Positions 24,915 to 36,891 of a stretch of DNA of 64,000 nucleotides are shown here, one piece after another. The position numbers and the translations under genes are program-made. The first letter of the stretch is position 1. Every line of letters starts with the position of its first letter. The stretch spans positions 16,926,001-16,990,000 of the forward strand of contig NC_135262.1 in assembly GCF_964204865.1 (NCBI RefSeq). Direction: 5' to 3'. The stretch comes from Styela clava (taxonomy: Eukaryota). The notes below the pieces were generated by a model. That model was given only the letters and a program-made list of their open reading frames with translations. It did no database searches and was not told the origin of the DNA.

Positions 24915-26356
24915 CAGGGGTCACCAAACTACGTCCCGCGGGCCGGATCCGGCCCGCGACGTCATTTTATCCGGCCCGCGGCGTCATTTTATCCGGTCCG
25001 CAATAACACACAAAAATGGCTAAATTTTTTTCCAAGGAAGATTTTCACGAGCATCGTCGTCTTTGTTTATATCGTAACATTGCCCAATCGCAAGATGCAA
25101 AAAAGTGACGTAATAATAGGCCTTTCCGCATCCGCTCAGACACTTTTGTCACCCTGACAGATTTTCAGTCATGGTTGTAAACAAAACTTCGTTTTTGCGA
25201 CTTTGAATGCTACCAGTACGTAACGTTTTCTGCGATACACTTGTACACTCGTGGCGCGTGCTTTCGACGAAACTGTATGTCTTTTTTGTGCTAAAATAAA
25301 CGTCGAATGTGCATTTTGTGCTAACAGTACTGTAATCCCTCGCGTACTGCTCCCAATTTCAAAAGCCACACTAACTTTTGTACTGCTTTAATGCGGATAT
25401 TCATGTAGGTATATGTTACAAAAAATTGAAGTTTATCCGATTTAAATAAAAACTATTCCAGTGGAAAGATCTGAGTAAAAATAGAAAACAATACCAAGTT
25501 TATAATAAACGGTCAAGAAATAACGAAGATATCGGAATTTTAGTACCGCCCGACAGGCCAATTTTTTCCATAATGATTGTATTACTTTTTTGATAAGAAC
25601 TGAACTAAATATGGAAAAATAACACATATCAATCACTAGTCTTTCGATGTGCGTCACATCTATGGTAAATTGAGACTATTTCAGGATTTTATTCTGACAA
25701 CGGTCATTGACACCGCCGAAAGATCGTCGCAAATAAACGCTGCAGTTGTGCATGATAGTTTGACAGTGGTTCATTGTGGGTAATAATTAACGGTGTTCTG
25801 ATTGTACGAACTTCATAAAAATTGTATTAAGTTAGGAAAGAAATACACACGTCCACATAAATTTTATTGGTGTCCATAGACAATATCATTAATTTGAACT
25901 ACGTATAACTGGAGCGTAATTTTTAAAAGCGTCGAATGTTGGCAAATTTATGCGCAAATGAAAAAAATCAAATACCAGATAATAGTTGTTTATTTTATCT
26001 AAATTATGTCAAGATTTCATAGAATTCCAAGCTACAGCAGTTAGTCGTTTTTATGAGCGGTATTTAAACACGGCGTAACGGTACCCAGCAGACGCGATGC
26101 CCACATTTTTGGCCGCGGATTTTGTAACATTTCTAATTCATGACAGCAACGTTTTGATAACAGCTAAACTCAGGATAGTTGTCTAGATATAGGAATCTTG
26201 TTAATTTTTTTCATAGGATGTTCTCGATCTATATTCTGCGATATTCCCAACATTTGTGAATTTATTGTATTGCATTGACAAAAATATTCATCCGGCCCGT
26301 TTCAACACAATTTGAGTCATACCCGGCCCGAGTTCAAAAAAGTTTGGTGACCCCTG
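24915..26356. mobile_element. Non-autonomous hAT element (Buster/Charlie-type), 1.44 kb
   Basis: Perfect TIRs CAGGGGTCACCAAACT / AGTTTGGTGACCCCTG, perfect TSD TTCTAGTG, CCGGCCCG subterminal repeats. Confidence 0.9.
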
Positions 26357-27189
26357 TTCTAGTGGACCAAAATGCAATTTCCACATTTTAACCGTACGTC
26401 AATAAAAATTTGACCTACCAACATTTTATATTATTTAGCGATTTTTGTATGCATGGTATTCATCTATGAACAAGTAAAATGTAAATAATATGCAAAAAAT
26501 CGTGACAAAAATATTTGCTTCTTCCAATCTAATTTTCCTTTGATATTTAAGCCCTCCTGACATACGAACGAACGTCTTTCAGTTCATATTCCGTTTTCCA
26601 AAAGGGTTCGAACAGAACACCAACAGTCTTTGATCTTCTGTCAGATTTTTATATCGCCGTAATCTGGACTTCTGGCAAATCGTGGATGTACGCCGAGATC
26701 CCATTTTTCCTCAGAATAGTTTTTCGATATCATTCAAGCATCTGTTAATTCTGAAAGCTATTTTATTATGACTTAATCCAGCAAAACGACATATTTTGCA
26801 TGTATCAATTTTCCACATTTTGGGGCGCGCCTTTCACGCGTTTTCATTCAGGCAAAATATGAGAATCTAAAATTTATTAGAATTATATATAAACATTTTG
26901 TCGAAACAAGGCGTAGAGATTGAATGGTCAATTCATTTTCCAAATTGAACAATTAATTTTGATCATAATCTGCTTGCAATGATGCAAACGTCTTTGACAG
27001 AATCTTCAATATTTCATCAAAATTGTAGTATAGGTACTCTTCATTAGGTCAAAAGTTTGTGATTTGTCACGATCAGCAAGAATTCTAAAGCAGTGGTTCC
27101 AGTACAATCAAAAACCGACAGCAAAATAAACAGAAATATATTGTTGTTTTGATAAAAATATATTTTTATCGAAGGTTCAAGAAACCTCA

Positions 27190-27335
27190 ACGTATGCGGT
27201 TATTCGCAATTGCATAAAATCCAATCAGTAATATATAAACTCACATCATGCTTGACCCAGGATTCGAACACTATGACATTTTGTATCAGACTGCGAAGTA
27301 GATCAGGCTGCATTGGCGCACTGCGTGGGCTAGCC
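27190..27335 (-). mobile_element. Probable second tRNA-derived SINE family (fragment)
   Basis: Minus strand carries GTTCGAATCCTGGG (B-box) after a GGCTAG.. head; no intact cloverleaf. Confidence 0.4.
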
Positions 27336-27560
27336 TAACCTATACAGCTTTCTTTTTTGTTGGTATATATTAGGTTAGTTGCACTACCTTTACCGGTACT
27401 TTATTGTTTATTCCGTGCTTGGGTTTAGTCACTTGTGCTTAAGATTAAGCAATAATTTTGCTCCTTCCGTTTTGTTCTGTATTTATCCTATTCTCACGAA
27501 AAAGCGAAAACAACTTGTGCCTTTGGATGCATCGTGAATTTATACCATAATACTGTACAG

Positions 27561-28025
27561 CAGGGGTCGGCAACCTTTTGTCGCTCGCGGGCCAAAATTA
27601 AGGTCTTTGGCGGGCCGCACAAATTTTTAGAAAGTTGAAATCCGAACGGATGATACTTGTTATAATAAAAATCAAGCAGTGATACATCTCTCGAATACAA
27701 TATAGATTTATTTCCCTATTGCCTTGCATCTCAAAAAATGCAATTTGAATATTTTCGGCGTCATTGAACCCTTTGCACTTATCTTCTTTAAGTAGCATTA
27801 CCTTTTCTGCGTTTTGTTGCCATTTGTCTAATTATAATTAAATTATAGGCTCATTAAACAAGTAATTGTAAGTTATATACTTGTTAGATTATAATATAAT
27901 TTAGACTACACGTTCCTCACAATAAATTCTGTTAAGTAAAGAATATAATCGTCAAAACAGCTGTTTTGTGACTATAATTCAGTGAAGCGTCGCGGGCCCC
28001 GCGGGCCGTAGGTTGCCGACCCCTG
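27561..28025. mobile_element. hAT MITE
   Basis: TIRs CAGGGGTCGGCAAC / GTTGCCGACCCCTG, perfect TSD CTGTACAG; sister copy at 55876-56369. Confidence 0.9.
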
Positions 28026-29406
28026 CTGTACAGTATAGGTATTTTGGTTGCAAAATTGGTCAATGCGACTCATTAACATTTTGTCAGGGATTTTGTCTTT
28101 CCAGATATGGTAACCATAGTATATATACGATTCAAGACTGCAAGGCAATTGGTTCATTTAATTGAATGTAAATGACTTTAACAGAAGGTTGTTCGGAATG
28201 AACATCATTATTAGCTATATCATGAAGACAAGGACTAAGATTGTACTTTAATTTGTAACCAATCTATTCATATGTCAGTACATTCAATATGTGCTAATGT
28301 ACTATAGGTGGAATAAACGTATGTATGTGCGAATGTCTGTAGGTGCTGAACGCTGTGTTGTGTTGAGTGTACATTGGATGGAATTCGACTCGTAATAATG
28401 TTACAATTTGTTACCGAACTTGGCTGTAAATTTCGGATAATACGGACCCTTCCTACAGTATGGCTGACGAATCAAATATTGAGTAATGATCAAACATTGA
28501 AAGAATAATGAATAATATCGGAATATTCCACAAAGAATGCATGGCTATTGCATTGCATTGACGTATTATATCTCGATACTCGATATATGCTCGCCGTCCA
28601 TTCTGTTAATCTACTTACAATCAACATTTTACATAATAATATGTATGGCTGGGAATTTTTGAATATCTGATGATTCCGGTATCGAATTGAACACTTACTT
28701 ATATATATATAAGTGATATATAATCGTATACGATTTTTTACAGTAATGGGTCCTCCAGACAGTCAAATTACTGAAACACGTGATCCATCACTCAGACAGT
28801 TTTGCATTGAATTTATTGTGCTCACACACAATAAAAAATTCTACTATTCGATTCGAAATGTCCAACCCTATAATATGTCGATTTCTCACATTAACCCAAA
28901 TAAAATTGGAGCGTTAAGCGGACACAAAAATTACAAAATATTTCACTGGCTGGCACAGCGATCGGAAACGACTGCTCTAAAAAAATTACGTATACCTGGT
29001 ATATTACCGGCTCTTGTTAGCGAGCAACTTATAAACAGCGTTTCAGATAAGACTGTTAAGAGCTCAAAATGGAATCGGGCTTGACCAAATGGCATATCTT
29101 CTTAATACCCCATTCAAATCCGAGTCAATAGATCCAACCTTTTTCTATGAAAATGCAACCAAAATTTGAAAAAAAATGGAGAAATGCCTGAACGACAGCA
29201 ACTGCGCATAAAAAGATGAAGAAACATTCTTTTGTTAGAGGCATCGTTACGTTTTAAACCTATTTCGTTTGTTGCAAGTATTTAATCAATATTTCTGCCA
29301 GCATTTTTAGCATTACTTGTTCCTTTGTCGTCAATGTCGATTCGACAAAAACTTGTTCCACAGTACAAGCAAAATTATAATGATGGACACTTTCTAGAAT
29401 CTAGAC

Positions 29407-29658
29407 CAGACATGGGCAAAGCACGGCCCGCAGGCCAAATCCTGCCTGTTGGGTAATTCAATATGGCCCGCCTGATGCTGCCACAACCAAACTAAAATCA
29501 AATTTTGATGTTTGAAACAAGACTCCTTGTTTTCCACTTTTGCTTTTGTAGCACTGTAAATATTGTTAATAAAATGTAATTTTTTACGTCACACTTGGCC
29601 CGCCAGTATGGGGGGGCAACATTTTTGTCCCCAGGTTTATAAACCTCGCCCACCCCTA
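29407..29658. mobile_element. hAT MITE
   Basis: CAGACATGGGCAAA ... GCCCACCCCTA with perfect TSD ATCTAGAC. Confidence 0.8.
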
Positions 29659-29931
29659 ATCTAGACCATTGATCGTTTTGCAATTTGAATTATATTTTCG
29701 TTTGGTATGAGTGGGATTCTCCGCCCATCATTAGGCGTGTTCTGAACCTATAAACCATTTTCAAACTTTCCAGTGCCATGGGTTTGCCTCCTCTTTAACT
29801 GTTTGGATTCTATGAGCTGACATTTAGATTGAAATCATTGCATCCGATATAAGCAAAACTAAAAAAGGTTGATTTGTATTTGCACAATTATTTGCAAACT
29901 ACAGAATATGGTAAACTATAAAACTAAGACA

Positions 29932-31752
29932 TTACAAAAACTTTTCTTCAATTGCATCAATGAAATTCTGTTTTTTCCCTGTTACATTAATGCCATTGTT
30001 TTTACAAAATTCTTTAAGGACCGATACAGTAAGTTTCGCAAGTTTACCTGTTGATGCAAGTTCTTTTATGTCAGCTATGTTCATCTGCTTGGCATTGGTA
30101 CCGCCATTTGCTGCTTCCGTCTTTCGTTTTGTAGCAGTTGGCCTTGGTTTACTGACTTTTGCAGTTGGATCATAACCAGAAGGATAAACCTGTTCCTTAA
30201 ATTGTGCAATCAAGTCTCCTGCTTTTTTGGTTATCCTATCAAAGTTTGGTTGTGTCAGATCATCTATTTCATCTGGTGCATCTTTTTCTAATGCCATTGC
30301 TTCAAGATTACGATAATGTGTTTGTAAAGCTGGATTGTCAAAATTCATAGGATGGTATGTGAACTTTAGTTTCCTGATAAAAGTTCCAGCAGTTTTCACT
30401 GCCTCCTCATCTGGTTCTTTAGTCTCTTTCAATTCAATATTTCTCATGTCTTCTGAAAAAGGCAAGAAGATAACATAAAACCCTGGAGATTGTTTTTGCT
30501 CTCCCGTAGTTTCATCAATAACTTCTTGTTGTGGAAGTAAAGCAACACATCTAGGTGCGGTGTTGGAACGTGCTGATAAACTGCATATGGGAACAACATC
30601 TCTTTCAATACATTTTATTAAAAGAGCAGAAAACAGTGTTGTACTGCCTTTAACAGCTTTTTCATTAGGATATATAAATTGAGCTGCTTTTACATGTAAC
30701 CATGGCTTCACTGCTTTGGCTGTTGGCTTGAATCCTAGAAGTTTCATCCCTGTACCAAAGAATTTTCTCATATCTGCTACTTCGTCATTTTCAAACATAA
30801 TGTCCCGATTCCCCCACTTTTGTGATAATTTGATATCACCAGGCAGCAGAATATCCCCTGTGTCTTTCTCAACAAAGTTAGTTTTTGCAAATGCTTCTTC
30901 ATTTGACGTGGAATCTATATTGACATTACTACTCTTTGTTGCCCGCCTTGCTGCAGTATAAACACCAACATACATTTCCATCCCATCAAACAATTGAAAT
31001 GAAATAGTACCCATCGCTCTTTGCTTGGAGCATTTTCTGAGCAGAAAATCATATAAATTTGTGATACCATCAACTGGATTTTGTATAATAGAAACATCCG
31101 CATCAACATCAGATATAATATCTTTGTAAAATTTCTCATAGTCGAAACTCCTGTTAAATGAAAGGACTTGGATTGTTATATCTTGTTCCATGAGGTCCTT
31201 GGCCTTCGTTCTAGCTCGCAAATGTGCATTTCTATCACCATGATGTGGATCATCTTCCCATGTGAACAAAATCAATGTCTTCGAAGACAGACTGACTGTT
31301 GTTCGACTAAATATTGATGAACAACACCAAAGTAGATCACTGATTTGATGATCATTGCATTGTCCATATTTCAATTTGAAATCAGCTTCTGTTGAATCTT
31401 GTAATGTTTGAAGCTCTTCAATCCTAGCAGCAGATGATGAATCCAAATCTTGTACAACATAAATATTCTTGAAATCGGACGGATTTTTAGTCTCTTCTGT
31501 ACCAAAGAAAACAAGAGCTTGTAGGTCACGTTCACTGCAAATAATCTTGTTTCTCAGCATATCTTTCGCTGCCTCACATATTTTATTAAATGGGCAACTT
31601 TCATCATCATCATTTGTGAGTTGGAACATTTGCTCACAACAATCGACTGCAATCATGACGCTATCCCGACCGGAAAATGAGGCCCAAGTTCCTTGATCAT
31701 CTTGGCCTTCCTCCGTCACACCCAAATCATCATAAAAATTAAAGTCAGCCAT
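29932..31752 (-). CDS. XRCC6: Ku70 (X-ray repair cross-complementing protein 6); intronless CDS, 606 aa
   Basis: vWA start SGRDSVMIAVDC, Ku core (LLGFKP, FIYPNEKAVKGSTTLFSALL, GFYVIFLPFSEDMR, FDNPALQTHYRNLEAMAL) and C-terminal SAP domain (KLTVSVLKEFCK). The true ATG is at 31752; the track start at 31758 is TTG. Confidence 0.96.
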   Translation of the reverse strand: MADFNFYDDLGVTEEGQDDQGTWASFSGRDSVMIAVDCCEQMFQLTNDDDESCPFNKICEAAKDMLRNKIICSERDLQALVFFGTEETKNPSDFKNIYVVQDLDSSSAARIEELQTLQDSTEADFKLKYGQCNDHQISDLLWCCSSIFSRTTVSLSSKTLILFTWEDDPHHGDRNAHLRARTKAKDLMEQDITIQVLSFNRSFDYEKFYKDIISDVDADVSIIQNPVDGITNLYDFLLRKCSKQRAMGTISFQLFDGMEMYVGVYTAARRATKSSNVNIDSTSNEEAFAKTNFVEKDTGDILLPGDIKLSQKWGNRDIMFENDEVADMRKFFGTGMKLLGFKPTAKAVKPWLHVKAAQFIYPNEKAVKGSTTLFSALLIKCIERDVVPICSLSARSNTAPRCVALLPQQEVIDETTGEQKQSPGFYVIFLPFSEDMRNIELKETKEPDEEAVKTAGTFIRKLKFTYHPMNFDNPALQTHYRNLEAMALEKDAPDEIDDLTQPNFDRITKKAGDLIAQFKEQVYPSGYDPTAKVSKPRPTATKRKTEAANGGTNAKQMNIADIKELASTGKLAKLTVSVLKEFCKNNGINVTGKKQNFIDAIEEKFL

Positions 31753-32407
31753 ATGCAAAAGATCTGGCTTGTGCTTAGCTATTTATCTTTTTCAGAAAGA
31801 GAGAGAAGGAAGCATTAGAACATGCAATGGCATAAGTACACATAGAAAGGAACAATTACAATTCCTAATCAATCATAGGTCACAACAGAACACCAAAATA
31901 ATATGCTCTATTCCTAGTTTACCAGAAATAAATCTCATGGGAATAAAATGAAAACCAAGGTTTTAACAGATACATGCAAATTGAAATGAATTATATTGCC
32001 AAATGTAAAAAGTATATTATTCGTGCTTTTTCAGTTAAAATTTTTTAAATTAGTTGCTAAAACAAATTCTTGCAAGGTTTACACAACACAGTAAATTGAG
32101 GCCCTAGAAAAAAATTTAGAAAACAACCAGACCACCCATCAAAAAACCAAAATACATTTTGTTATTAACACCATCAAAACATACGTTTACATACAATAAA
32201 ATTTAAATAGGAGCAGTAGATGTCTGAAAGATAGGAAATAGTGGTTAAGAGGTGAAAATTTATCACCGAAATCACATTATTGAAAACTAAAATATCGAGC
32301 CGAAGAGAGTCAGTTTGTGTTTTCTGATGCCAAAGCAAGTATAAAATAACCAATACCAGATATTATTATTCAATAGCTTACATTGGTGGTATTGCTAGCT
32401 AACTGTC

Positions 32408-32672
32408 GATACTCCTGAAGTATGCGTACCAAGATGGCAGACACCGGAACGTAGTATGTGTAACACGTTAGGGTTAGGCCATAATTTCATTCCAATTTTT
32501 CTTATTTTAGTTCTCTTAAGAGTTCAGAGACTAGTCAAGTGACTCCCGTAGTATTTGTACCTAAAATTATAGCCTAACCGTAACCGGGTACACATACTAC
32601 GTTCAGGTGTCTGCCTTCTTGGTACGCATACTTCAGGAGCGCCGCCATCTTGGTTCGCATACTTCAGGAGCC
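32408..32672. mobile_element. Palindromic MITE with TTAGGG motifs between ZC3H15 and XRCC6
   Basis: About 76-bp inverted arms CTCCTGAAGTATGCGTACCAAGATGGC...; relatives at 35781-35988 and about 52112-52290. Confidence 0.8.
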
Positions 32673-32813
32673 CAACTGTTATAATGAGTTTGTGATATAA
32701 CAGACCAATTTAAAGCAATAAACAAGAATTTTTAATAATCTAACAATGTTTATAATGGTGATAAATTTTCACCTGGAATTCAGTTATTTTTTAAATAAAA
32801 TGAGCAGTATGTA

Positions 32814-34022
32814 TTATTCCATATCATCAATGTCATCTAAATCATCTAGATCTTCTGTAAATAAGTCTTCATCAACAGGAACATTTTCTGCAGAGTTATT
32901 CGTATCTTCAGCATTTGTTGGCCCGGCAGCTCCAGAATTCTCAATGCCGTTTGTTAAAGGATCTGTTTTTGTTGTATTCGATACATCTTCCTCACCTCCA
33001 GTGTCTGCTACATTATCCGTAAGTGTAAATGTATTCAGCGATAATTCTTTGACGGTTTCCGATACATCGTCAATTTCTCGTTCCGATGATGCCAAAGTTG
33101 CACCCTCATCATTTTCATCATCTTCATCAATCATGTCCGGACGGAATTCAAACATTTCTCTTCCACTTATTGAAGCTTGTGCCCCAGATTTAAACTCATT
33201 TTTCCTCTTCTCTTTGCTAGCTTCTAATTCTTTTATTTTTTCTTCTCGTTTCTTTTTTTTCCAAACCAAAAATGTTGCTAACGTAATTTTTGTTACATTA
33301 GCACCAAGCGCAGCTCTTTCTTTTTCGATTAGATCTTCTATTGATATTTTTTCTTTCTGATCCTCCATTTTTTTCTGGTCAGATTTCAGTATAAAACCTG
33401 GTGGCAAAGCATGCCTGTACATGCAAGTATCTGCACCATTCGGGCATATCCAAAACCAACCATACTTTTTCTCTTCAATTGCTTGTAAGAAAAATTTACA
33501 GACTTTATCGGTTTTAGTTTGATTATTTGCGCCATGTTTTTTTTCAACAACTTCTTTGAGCTTGTCTTCATCCCACGAATCCATATTGTCTCCTTCACGT
33601 TCATCATCTCTCGCGTCAAAATATAAACTTCTTTTTTCACTCTTTCGTTCGATAGTAAGATCATGAGAGAATTTACATTTCGCTCCCTTTTGACACATGC
33701 CCTGTTTAAAAAAAGCACACAAAACTGATTTCGGGTCCACGCCCTTTCCAACTTTATTCTGGGCCATAACAGGACGAAACAAGTTATCCAATTCATCTTC
33801 CGTCTTTTTATCTTTCTTTTTTCTTTCTTCCTCCTTGAGTAGTTCCTGCTTTCTTGTGCTCGGTGATCCTCCATATTTCACCTGCTGAGTGACATTTTTA
33901 ATAAACTTTTGTTGTTTGTTTCCTTTTTTATTTTTCAATCCAAAAGTTTTGTCCTCGATAACCTTATCCTTCTTCTTTTGCTCTGTTTTCACATTAGCCT
34001 TTTGCTGCTTCTTGGGAGGCAT
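32814..34022 (-). CDS. ZC3H15: Zinc finger CCCH domain-containing protein 15 (DFRP1/Tma46 family); intronless CDS, 402 aa
   Basis: IEDKTFGLKNKKG, CCCH fingers (CAFFKQGMCQKGAKCKFSHD; KYGWFWICPNG..CMYRHALPPGF) and DFRP domain (LIEKERAALG..TKITLATFLVWKKKK, SGREMFEF). Confidence 0.96.
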   Translation of the reverse strand: MPPKKQQKANVKTEQKKKDKVIEDKTFGLKNKKGNKQQKFIKNVTQQVKYGGSPSTRKQELLKEEERKKKDKKTEDELDNLFRPVMAQNKVGKGVDPKSVLCAFFKQGMCQKGAKCKFSHDLTIERKSEKRSLYFDARDDEREGDNMDSWDEDKLKEVVEKKHGANNQTKTDKVCKFFLQAIEEKKYGWFWICPNGADTCMYRHALPPGFILKSDQKKMEDQKEKISIEDLIEKERAALGANVTKITLATFLVWKKKKREEKIKELEASKEKRKNEFKSGAQASISGREMFEFRPDMIDEDDENDEGATLASSEREIDDVSETVKELSLNTFTLTDNVADTGGEEDVSNTTKTDPLTNGIENSGAAGPTNAEDTNNSAENVPVDEDLFTEDLDDLDDIDDME

Positions 34023-34052
34023 TTTTAAATTTTCAACAACTACTAACGGAAA

Positions 34053-34075
34053 ACTGTTTAGAGAAGAACAGAGAT
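34053..34075 (-). promoter_or_regulatory. Strong splice acceptor about 31 nt upstream of the ZC3H15 ATG (candidate SL trans-splice site or 5' UTR intron end)
   Basis: Minus strand TCTCTGTTCTTCTCTAAACAG followed by a short leader to ATG. Confidence 0.45.
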
Positions 34076-35049
34076 AATCAAAGGCTTCTTGTTCAAATTG
34101 TCATTCAAATTTGATCAGAAGTTGTTGTCAAATAAATTTGAACAATAGAACCTTTATAATAGTACAATATGTAAAATTCTTAATCATATTTTAGTTATGT
34201 ATAATAATACAGTTTTGTTAATTTTCACGGCGACTTGGCAACTCCCTTTGGGAACCGTTGGCATAACATGTTTATGGGCCATGAAGTATACTGGTATACA
34301 TACAAGATACAACATATCAACAGATAGGACTCGTATAAATATTCCATGTTTTTATCAACCATTCCGATTATCTTTCTATATCATAATTTGTAAAGTTTCA
34401 TTATTTTTAAAGTTGATAGATCAGATATGAATACAAAGTTAATTAAAGCTACAAAAGCCTACTGTGTCCCTATCATCTGGTAACTGGACCAGAGCTGATG
34501 AGACTGTGGTTCGTCCTAGGATTAAGCCGTCTTATTGCCTTTCCTCTCCCTGAGATAAATTCGTAAATCCTATCGTAATAACTTCAGAACTTGTTTCTTT
34601 GATACCATTATTACATGAAGTTCAACTCTATTATTCATCATCGAATCTTTATTTCAATTTATGTGTAGCGTGCGTTCAATATTTTACTTTTTCAATTAAC
34701 TTCAGTAAAGAACTTGCATGTCAAAAAAAAAGTTTGGGCCTGACAATACTCCAATATTCATTATAAGTATCCCCTAATGTTTGTCTCTGAGATTTTATTA
34801 TTAAGCTATATTTCCGTATTTTTTATTTTTTTAGTAACTAACCCTTTCTATTTCAAAAGCAATGAGTTCTAAAAGACTGAAGGCAGTAATCTATACATAA
34901 TCCTGCATTCTAACAGTTCTAATGAACTTAATATTATGGTCTAGTCCGCAACAACATTAAACTGATTATTTATGCCTAACCTGGATATTAGTTAAGATTT
35001 TGTGAATATAATTTTTCAAATGATCGACCACCTTCGCCACTTTCTCCTA

Positions 35050-35385
35050 TATGGCCTAACGAGCTAAGCGTTAGGAATACGCTCACCACCGCACCTCTAA
35101 TTACTCTGCGTGGGTTCGAAGGTTTCGAATCCCATGCAGGGATGGTTATGTGCGAGAGGATTGCTGGACTCCTCGCCGTCATTCTGTCATTGGGTGGTTC
35201 ACGTAACCGCTGGTCGGTTACGGCTTCCTCCACCACCAAGTCCATGCTTCCGAAAACAAACAATATATCTAATCCCATACCCGACTTGGAATGGTAACCG
35301 GACGAGAGGTCGTGGTTCCCCATATGGATAAGCCGTCTTATCGGCTTTCCTCTCCCCCCGGATAAATATGTAAATCCTATCCTAT
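35050..35385 (+). mobile_element. tRNA-derived SINE, full length (a 3' fragment also lies at 34470-34575)
   Basis: TGGCCTAACGAGCTAAG (A-box-like), GGTTTCGAATCCC (B-box-like), family body and ATCCTATCCTAT tail. Confidence 0.82.
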
Positions 35386-35415
35386 AAAGTTCTCAAATTA
35401 AGAACCTCAATCTCG

Positions 35416-36201
35416 GGACCCTACTAAAAAGGTAGGTATCATAGGTATCACAGGTATCATAGGTATCACTCCATAAAAAGATAGGTATATAGGTATCACT
35501 CCATAAAAAGATAGGTATCAGTAGTAAATGACTAAAAAGGTAGGTATCAGTAGTAAATGACTAAAAAGGTAGGTATCAGTAGTAGATGACTAAAAAGGTA
35601 GGTATCAGTAGTAAATAACTAAAAAGGTAGGTATCAGTAGTAAATGACTAAAAAGGTAGGTATCAGTAGTAGATGACTAAAAAGGTAGGTATCAGTAGTA
35701 AATGACTAAAAAGGTACCGGTAGGTATCAGTAGTAAATAACTAAAAAGGTAGGTATCACAGTAGTAGATGACTAAAAAGGGGGCTCCCGAAGTATGCAAA
35801 CCAAGATGGCGGACATCGGAATGTAATAATATGTGTACTAGGTTAGGGTTAGGCCATAATTTTAGGTATAAATACTACGGGAGGCCCTTGGCTAGTCTTA
35901 GAACTGATAATAGGACTAAAATAAGGAAAATTGGAAAAAAATTATCGCCTAACCCTAACCTGTTACCCATGTTACGTTCCGATGTCCGCTTAGTCATTTA
36001 CTACTGATACCTACCTTTTTAGTCATTTACTACTGATACCTACCTTTTTAGTCATTTACTACTGATACCTACCTTTTTAGACACTGATACCTACCTTTTT
36101 AGACACTGATACCTACCTTTTTAGTCATCTACTACTGATACCTACCTTTTTAGTGAGTGATACCTATGATACCTGTGATACCTACCTTTTTAGTAGGGCC
36201 C
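35416..36201. mobile_element. Merlin-like foldback element with 29-bp tandem repeats in both arms
   Basis: GG..CC termini (GGACCCTACTAAAAAGG / CCTTTTTAGTAGGGCCC), perfect 8-bp TSD CAATCTCG, unit AAAAAGGTAGGTATCAGTAGTAAATGACT direct on the left and inverted on the right. Confidence 0.8.
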
Positions 36202-36891
36202 CAATCTCGCACCTATCGCCAATTGACCGCGAAATGACTATCGTCGAGTATGACTATCGTCGCAAATTTATTACATTCCACTCCCCACATTATCTTTGCA
36301 TGAGGTTGTAGGTATTGGTCATTATCAACGTAATTGTTGAAAGAATGTACAACAGCCCGAAAGTTTATTACTATCGTGTATTTTGTTTTTTAAGTTTGGC
36401 CCAAGCCTCATTTAATTGAGCTTGTGTTTTTGTGTGCGTGCTGGTGGGCAGGCACATGAGATACTTCATGTTTTAAACTTTTTTGTAGGTTTTGCTTGCC
36501 CTCCAGAATTCTCCATTTTAAATTTAGGTTTGTTATGGAGTTTTCGAAATAAACTATCTATCTATCTAAACTAGATCTGTAGATCGAGAAATGTGGTTAT
36601 GATCAGTAGCGCCATCCCCTGGTAAAATGAACCATCGAGCCTACCCGGTTTGGGAATATTTTTGCGGTTCACGGTCCGGGATCGACACCCCATTGCTGTC
36701 TGACTCGCTTTTTTATGATATGATAGGGAACAATTGTGACAACAAATTGTCACGCATGTAGAGTTCTGTACTTTTACAATATGGTGTAAGTCCTATATAT
36801 ACTGGGTTCTTGGGAAAGGAATTTGGCATTACATTTTATATGTCTGAAAGAGTAATGCACGGGAAGTGAACAAATGAGAGCTCACAACTAT

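Noticed and set aside
31753-31758. Ku70 start at 31758
   Set aside because: That codon is TTG; the first ATG is at 31752.
32746-33360. 204-aa Ser/Phe-rich plus-strand ORF and other antisense ORFs over ZC3H15, Ku70 and ANKRD10
   Set aside because: Shadow frames of the real genes, with no family motifs.
35500-35780. 29-bp repeats as a CRISPR array
   Set aside because: The units are contiguous with no spacers, are mirrored in the other arm of a TSD-flanked element, and lie in a eukaryotic context with no cas genes.
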